A stretch of DNA of 43,751 nucleotides from Candidatus Onthousia faecipullorum (GTDB lineage Bacteria > Bacillota_I > Bacilli_A > RF39 > UBA660): contig DVKQ01000030.1 in the NCBI GenBank assembly GCA_018715925.1, positions 1 to 43,751 of the forward strand. The letters run 5' to 3'. The position numbers and the translations under genes are program-made. Positions within the stretch are counted from its first letter, which is position 1; every line of letters starts with the position of its first letter. The notes beneath the pieces are model-generated. The model was given only the letters and a program-made list of their open reading frames with translations. It was not told where the DNA came from and ran no database searches. Shown in pieces: positions 39,107 through 43,751 of the stretch.

Positions 39107-40423
39107 ATGAATATTGAGAGTTTATATAATGATATTAAAGTTAAAGATGGGGACTTTTTAGTCTTTGCGTGTAGCTTTGGACCTGATTCTATGGCTTTGT
39201 TTAAGACTCTTTTAGAGTATAGAAAGAAACATGAGGTTGTTTTAGTTTGTGCTCATGTTAATCATGATAAAAGACGGGAAAGTGCTAAAGAGAAGGAAGA
39301 TTTAGAGGAGTTATGTAAAAATAATAATGTAATTTTTGAGTATATGAAAATTGAAAACTATGGGGATGATAACTTTCATAATGAAGCGAGAAATATTAGA
39401 TATCAGTTCTTTGATGAAGTTGTTAAAAAATATAATGCTAAATACTTATTAACTGCTCATCATGGTGATGACTTGATGGAAACAATTCTTATGAGAATTG
39501 CTAGAGGTTCTACTTTAAAAGGATATAGTGGCTTTAGAAAGTTAGTTTTAATGGATGGGTACTACATTTATCGTCCTTTTATAGGTTTTACTAAGAATGA
39601 ATTGTTAGATTATTGTCATAAGAATGGAGTTCCTTATGCAGTTGATAAAAGTAACTTTAGTGATGTTTATACAAGGAATAGATATCGTAAGGAGGTATTA
39701 CCTTTCTTAAAAAGAGAAGATAAAGATATTCATAAGAAGTATTTAAAGTTTAGTAATGTATTAAGTGAAGCGGATCTATTTATAGAAGAGGAAGCTAGTA
39801 AGGCAATTAGTAAAGTTATTAAAAATAATATACTTTATATAGATAGATACTTAGAGATTAATAAATTTTTAAAGAGAATTATTTTAGAGAGATTTATATC
39901 AAACTTTTATCAGGATGATTTAGTTTTAATTAATGATAGACACTTAGATTTAATAGAAAGTCTTATAAATAGTAAAAAAAGCAACTCTAAAGTTAATCTT
40001 CCTAATGATGTAGAAGTAGTAAAGAGTTATAATACTTTATCTATTAGGAGAAATCCATCTTTACTTAGTAGTTATGAAATAGAGATTGATAAGGATGTAA
40101 TGCTTCCTAATGGACATAAATTAGAATTATTAGATTCTGTTAAAGGAAATAGTAATAATATAATTAAACTATCTAGTAAGGAAGTAACTTTGCCTTTAGT
40201 TGTTAGGACTAGAAAGCTTGGAGATGTTATGTCTATTAAAGGCGGAGGACATAAGAAAATAAAAGATATCTTTATAGATAGTAAGATACCTACTTCAGAT
40301 AGAGATTTATGGCCTATAGTAGTTGATAGCCGTGGACATATAGTTTTTGTTCCTGGTTTAAAAAAATCTAAATTTGATAAGACTAATAATGAATTTTATG
40401 ATATAATACTGAGATATGAGTAG
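39107..40423 (+). CDS. tilS: tRNA(Ile)-lysidine synthase
   Basis: SFGPDS PP-loop, HVNH, TAHH, YTRNRYR; upstream of ftsH. Confidence 0.96.
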   Translation: MNIESLYNDIKVKDGDFLVFACSFGPDSMALFKTLLEYRKKHEVVLVCAHVNHDKRRESAKEKEDLEELCKNNNVIFEYMKIENYGDDNFHNEARNIRYQFFDEVVKKYNAKYLLTAHHGDDLMETILMRIARGSTLKGYSGFRKLVLMDGYYIYRPFIGFTKNELLDYCHKNGVPYAVDKSNFSDVYTRNRYRKEVLPFLKREDKDIHKKYLKFSNVLSEADLFIEEEASKAISKVIKNNILYIDRYLEINKFLKRIILERFISNFYQDDLVLINDRHLDLIESLINSKKSNSKVNLPNDVEVVKSYNTLSIRRNPSLLSSYEIEIDKDVMLPNGHKLELLDSVKGNSNNIIKLSSKEVTLPLVVRTRKLGDVMSIKGGGHKKIKDIFIDSKIPTSDRDLWPIVVDSRGHIVFVPGLKKSKFDKTNNEFYDIILRYE

Positions 40424-40441
40424 AAAAAGGAGAGATTTTTC

Positions 40442-42409
40442 ATGAATGTAAATAAAAAAGTAGTTAAAAAAGGTTTACTTCCATATGTCTTTTTACTTTT
40501 AGTAATGCTTGGAGTTATTTACTTTGTTAGTGTTGCTAATCAAAAAGTTAATGTTTTGACTTATGATGAGTTTATGTCTAGTCTTAATGATAAGGAAGTT
40601 AAAGAAATTACAGTAACACCTAGGGAAAGAGCACAGATTTATGAGATTACTGGTACAATGGATGATTATAGCGAGAATGAGAGTTTCTTTGTTAGAGTTC
40701 CTTTATCTGATCAAGTAATGAAAAAGCTAGTAGAAGCGAGTGATACAGATGACTTTGAATTTAATAGTACTGCTGATCCAGAGTCTAGTACACTTCTACT
40801 TGTTTTAGTTAATGTTTTACCTATTGCTTTACTTGCTTTTATTTGTTTTTGGTTTTTAACTAAACAAATGGGTGGTGGTAAAAATTCACTTGATTTTGGT
40901 AAGAGTAAAGCTAAGTTAAGTAGTGATAAGAATAAAGTTACTTTTAAAGATGTAGCAGGTCTTAATGAAGAGAAAGAAGAAGTTAAAGAGCTAATAGACT
41001 TTTTAAAGAATCCTAAGAAGTTCCAAAAGTTAGGAGCAAGGATTCCTAAGGGGGTACTTTTATATGGTCCTCCAGGAACTGGTAAAACATTACTTGCCCG
41101 TGCAGTAGCAGGTGAAGCGAATGTTCCTTTCTATTATATTAGTGGTTCTGACTTTGTTGAGTTATTCGTAGGTGTTGGTGCAAGTCGTGTTCGTGATATG
41201 TTCCAACAAGCGAAAAGAACTGCTCCTTGTCTTATCTTTATAGATGAGATAGATGCTGTAGGTAGACAAAGAGGTACTGGTATTGGTGGTGGACATGATG
41301 AGAGAGAACAAACATTAAACCAATTACTTACTGAGATGGATGGATTTGGTGAAAATGAAGGTATCATTATTATCGCTGCTACTAATAGACCTGATGTTTT
41401 AGACCCTGCTTTACTTCGTCCAGGACGTTTTGATAGACAAGTTACAGTTAATTTACCTGATGTAAAGGGACGTGAAGAAATTCTTAAAGTTCATGCAAGA
41501 AATAAAGTATTAGCACCTTCTGTTAATATTCCTGCTCTTGCTAAGAGAACTCCAGGATATTCTGGTGCTGACCTTGAAAACTTACTTAATGAGGCAGCAC
41601 TTCTAGCCGTTAGACGTAATAAAGATGCTATTACTATGAGTGAGATTGATGAAGCAAGTGATAGAGTCTTAATGGGACCTGCTAAGACTAGTGCTAAAAG
41701 AAGTGAAGCAGACCGTAAGTTAGTTGCATATCATGAGTCTGGTCATGCTGTTGTTGGTATTAAATTAAAAGGTGCTAATGATGTTCAAAAGGTTACTATT
41801 ATTCCACGTGGTTCTGCTGGTGGATATAATATGATGATTCCTAGTGAAGAGAAGATTTGTCGTACTAAAACAGATTTACTTGAAGAAATTACAGGTTTAC
41901 TTGCAGGACGTGTTAGTGAAGAGATTGTCTTTGGAGAAGTAACAACAGGTGCTCAAAATGACTTTGAGAAGGCAACTAAGATAGCTAGAGCTATGGTTAC
42001 TGAATATGGTATGAGTGATTTAGGACCTATGCAATTAGAAGAAAGAGAAGGTAGTGCTTTCTTAGGAAGAGATTATGCTAAGACTCGTAACTTCTCTAAC
42101 GAAGTAGCTCATGAAATAGATCAAGAAATGAGAAAGATTATTGATAAATGTTATGATGAAGCTACTAAGATTATTAAAGAAAATAGAGATTTACTTGATT
42201 TACTTGCTAAGACATTATTAGAGTATGAGACATTAACTAAAGAACAAATTGATTATTTAGTTGAACATGGGGAAATGCCTCCAGAAGAAGAGGAGACTAA
42301 CTATGAAAATATGAGTTTAACTAAGTTAAAAGAGCTTGCTAGAGAAAAGGGAGTTAAAGGATACTCTAAGATGAATAAAGCTGAATTAATAAAAGAACTT
42401 GAAAAATAG
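40442..42409 (+). CDS. ftsH: ATP-dependent zinc metalloprotease FtsH with a C-terminal Rho-N-like module
   Basis: Two transmembrane segments, [25 protein letters not shown]. Confidence 0.99.
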   Translation: MNVNKKVVKKGLLPYVFLLLVMLGVIYFVSVANQKVNVLTYDEFMSSLNDKEVKEITVTPRERAQIYEITGTMDDYSENESFFVRVPLSDQVMKKLVEASDTDDFEFNSTADPESSTLLLVLVNVLPIALLAFICFWFLTKQMGGGKNSLDFGKSKAKLSSDKNKVTFKDVAGLNEEKEEVKELIDFLKNPKKFQKLGARIPKGVLLYGPPGTGKTLLARAVAGEANVPFYYISGSDFVELFVGVGASRVRDMFQQAKRTAPCLIFIDEIDAVGRQRGTGIGGGHDEREQTLNQLLTEMDGFGENEGIIIIAATNRPDVLDPALLRPGRFDRQVTVNLPDVKGREEILKVHARNKVLAPSVNIPALAKRTPGYSGADLENLLNEAALLAVRRNKDAITMSEIDEASDRVLMGPAKTSAKRSEADRKLVAYHESGHAVVGIKLKGANDVQKVTIIPRGSAGGYNMMIPSEEKICRTKTDLLEEITGLLAGRVSEEIVFGEVTTGAQNDFEKATKIARAMVTEYGMSDLGPMQLEEREGSAFLGRDYAKTRNFSNEVAHEIDQEMRKIIDKCYDEATKIIKENRDLLDLLAKTLLEYETLTKEQIDYLVEHGEMPPEEEETNYENMSLTKLKELAREKGVKGYSKMNKAELIKELEK

Positions 42410-42472
42410 TTCTTTTTTCTGTATTATAAAATCAGTTATTCACAAAGCCAGTGGAAAAAGATGGAGGAAGTT

Positions 42473-42914
42473 ATGAAAGCTAGGAAAGCAGTGGAAAAAG
42501 AAATAGGAGAATTTAGAAAATTTATTAGTAGAGGTGCTGTTTTAGATATGGCTATTGGTGTTATTAAATTAAGCAGAGCCTTTTTCTAAAATAGTTAGTA
42601 GTTTAGTAGATGATATATTTATGCCTTTACTTGGTGTTATATTAGGTGGACTTGACTTTAGTGGGTTATCTATTAAGATAGGTGATGCTTCTATTATGTA
42701 TGGTTCTTTTATACAGAGTATTGTAGACTTTTTAATCATTGCTATTTGTATCTTTGTAATGGTTAAGATAGTTACTAATATTAGAGATAGAGCAGATAAG
42801 AAGTTAGGAATAGAGCATAAAAAAGAAGAGAAGAAAAGGGATGAACAAGTGGTATTACTTGAAGAAATTAGAGATTTGTTAAAAGATGATAAAAAAGTTG
42901 GAGGGAATAGATAA
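42473..42914 (+). pseudogene. mscL: large-conductance mechanosensitive channel, frameshifted
   Basis: ATG 42473 gives EFRKFISRGAVLDMAIGVI then TAA at 42587; the +1 frame continues FSKIVSSLVDDIFMP...LLEEIRDLL. Confidence 0.88.
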
Positions 42915-43597
42915 TGGAATTATATGAATTTAGTGAAGATAGAAAGAAAATATTAGTTTATGAATTTAAAGCAATAAAAGAAGAAGTAAAAAAATATAAA
43001 GAAGAACATTTAAGAAGAAGGTTTTATGATTTAGAAACTGTTAATAAAGAATTAATTGACTGTTTGTTAAATGGTGAGGCTATAGATGAGTGGAGACTAA
43101 GAAGTAAAAATAAAGATTTACATGCTAATTTAATAACTAGTAGTAGTGAAACTGAATATCAAAAAGTAGTTAGAGATAGTCTATTAAGAAAATATTATAA
43201 TAGTGAATGTTTAGGTTGTAATATAACGCAAGTATACAAAGTTAATGATAAATTAGACGAATTTAGTTCATATGCTTTGTTACCACTTGATGATAATTAT
43301 GAAAGTGTTTATTTTCATACTGATGACATTACTTGGTATAGATTTCCTAATTTATTAGTTTTACATAATAAAGGTTTAGTAGGTTTGCATTTGTTAGAAC
43401 AAGGTAATTATAAAGAGATTATTTTAGATAATATACTTAGTAGAGAAACACCGTTTAATCTTTTTGATTTGACATTTAAAAAAGATTATAACTTTTCTAT
43501 GGGTTTTTTGGATTTACCTGTTATGAAGAAAACAAAGGAAAATATAGAGTGTAGTTCAAAAGTATTAACATTATATCGTAATAGTATTAAAAAATAA
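42914..43597 (+). CDS. hypothetical protein
   Basis: 227-aa ORF coupled to the mscL stop, GGAGGG RBS; no family recognised. Confidence 0.75.
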   Translation: MELYEFSEDRKKILVYEFKAIKEEVKKYKEEHLRRRFYDLETVNKELIDCLLNGEAIDEWRLRSKNKDLHANLITSSSETEYQKVVRDSLLRKYYNSECLGCNITQVYKVNDKLDEFSSYALLPLDDNYESVYFHTDDITWYRFPNLLVLHNKGLVGLHLLEQGNYKEIILDNILSRETPFNLFDLTFKKDYNFSMGFLDLPVMKKTKENIECSSKVLTLYRNSIKK

Positions 43598-43751
43598 AAG
43601 TATCTAATTTGTGAAAAAAATGACTAAATTAAATTGAAAGTTCCCGTTATTTGGAAAATATAAAATTAAGAGAGAAAGTTCCCATGAAATAAGGGTTCTT
43701 TTTTCATAAAACTTGCATTTTTACAAGAAAGTGGTATTATATATCTACCTA

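Noticed and set aside
818-41367. Short antisense or alternate-frame ORFs in the track (e.g. 818-1168, 6118-6423, 13323-13601, 25551-25814, 30042-30416, 37842-38111, 41134-41367)
   Set aside because: They overlap well-supported genes and show no recognisable motifs; they are shadow ORFs
42436-42458. DnaA-box pair upstream of mscL (TTATTCACA, AGTGGAAAA)
   Set aside because: Only two isolated sites, one of them imperfect; not enough to call by eye
1-43751. Mycoplasma-type genetic code (TGA = Trp)
   Set aside because: dnaA, yabP and sipW end in TGA, and conserved genes translate fully with the standard code

Overview
An AT-rich chromosomal replication-origin region from a genome-reduced, apparently spore-forming member of the Bacilli. 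An RF39/RFN20-like uncultured lineage is my inference; it uses the standard genetic code, with TGA as a stop. Leftward: rpmH-rnpA-yidC-jag-(orphan)-mnmE-(orphan). Rightward: a bipartite oriC around dnaA, then dnaN, a ComK-family regulator, recF, gyrB and gyrA. The most striking element follows gyrA: a four-unit array with an exact 126-bp period in which a perfect parS palindrome (TGTTTCACGTGAAACA) alternates with a perfect Noc-binding-site palindrome (TATTTCCCGGGAAATA). It is flanked by co-oriented DnaA boxes hidden in neighbouring genes and followed by a minimal SRP RNA. Next comes a compressed, rearranged Bacillus-like yaa/yab region (tadA, dnaX, ybaB, recR, bofA, holB, yaaT, yabB, rsmI, pth, mfd, spoVT, T-box-metG, tatD, a 3D-domain protein). 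An inserted cluster encodes four or five paralogous SipW-class (TasA/camelysin-like) secreted proteins with their own SipW. The window ends with rsmA, yabG, veg, spoVG, yabPQ, divIC, tilS, an FtsH with a C-terminal Rho-N-like module, a frameshifted mscL and an orphan. All calls come from reading the sequence by eye; no database search was run.
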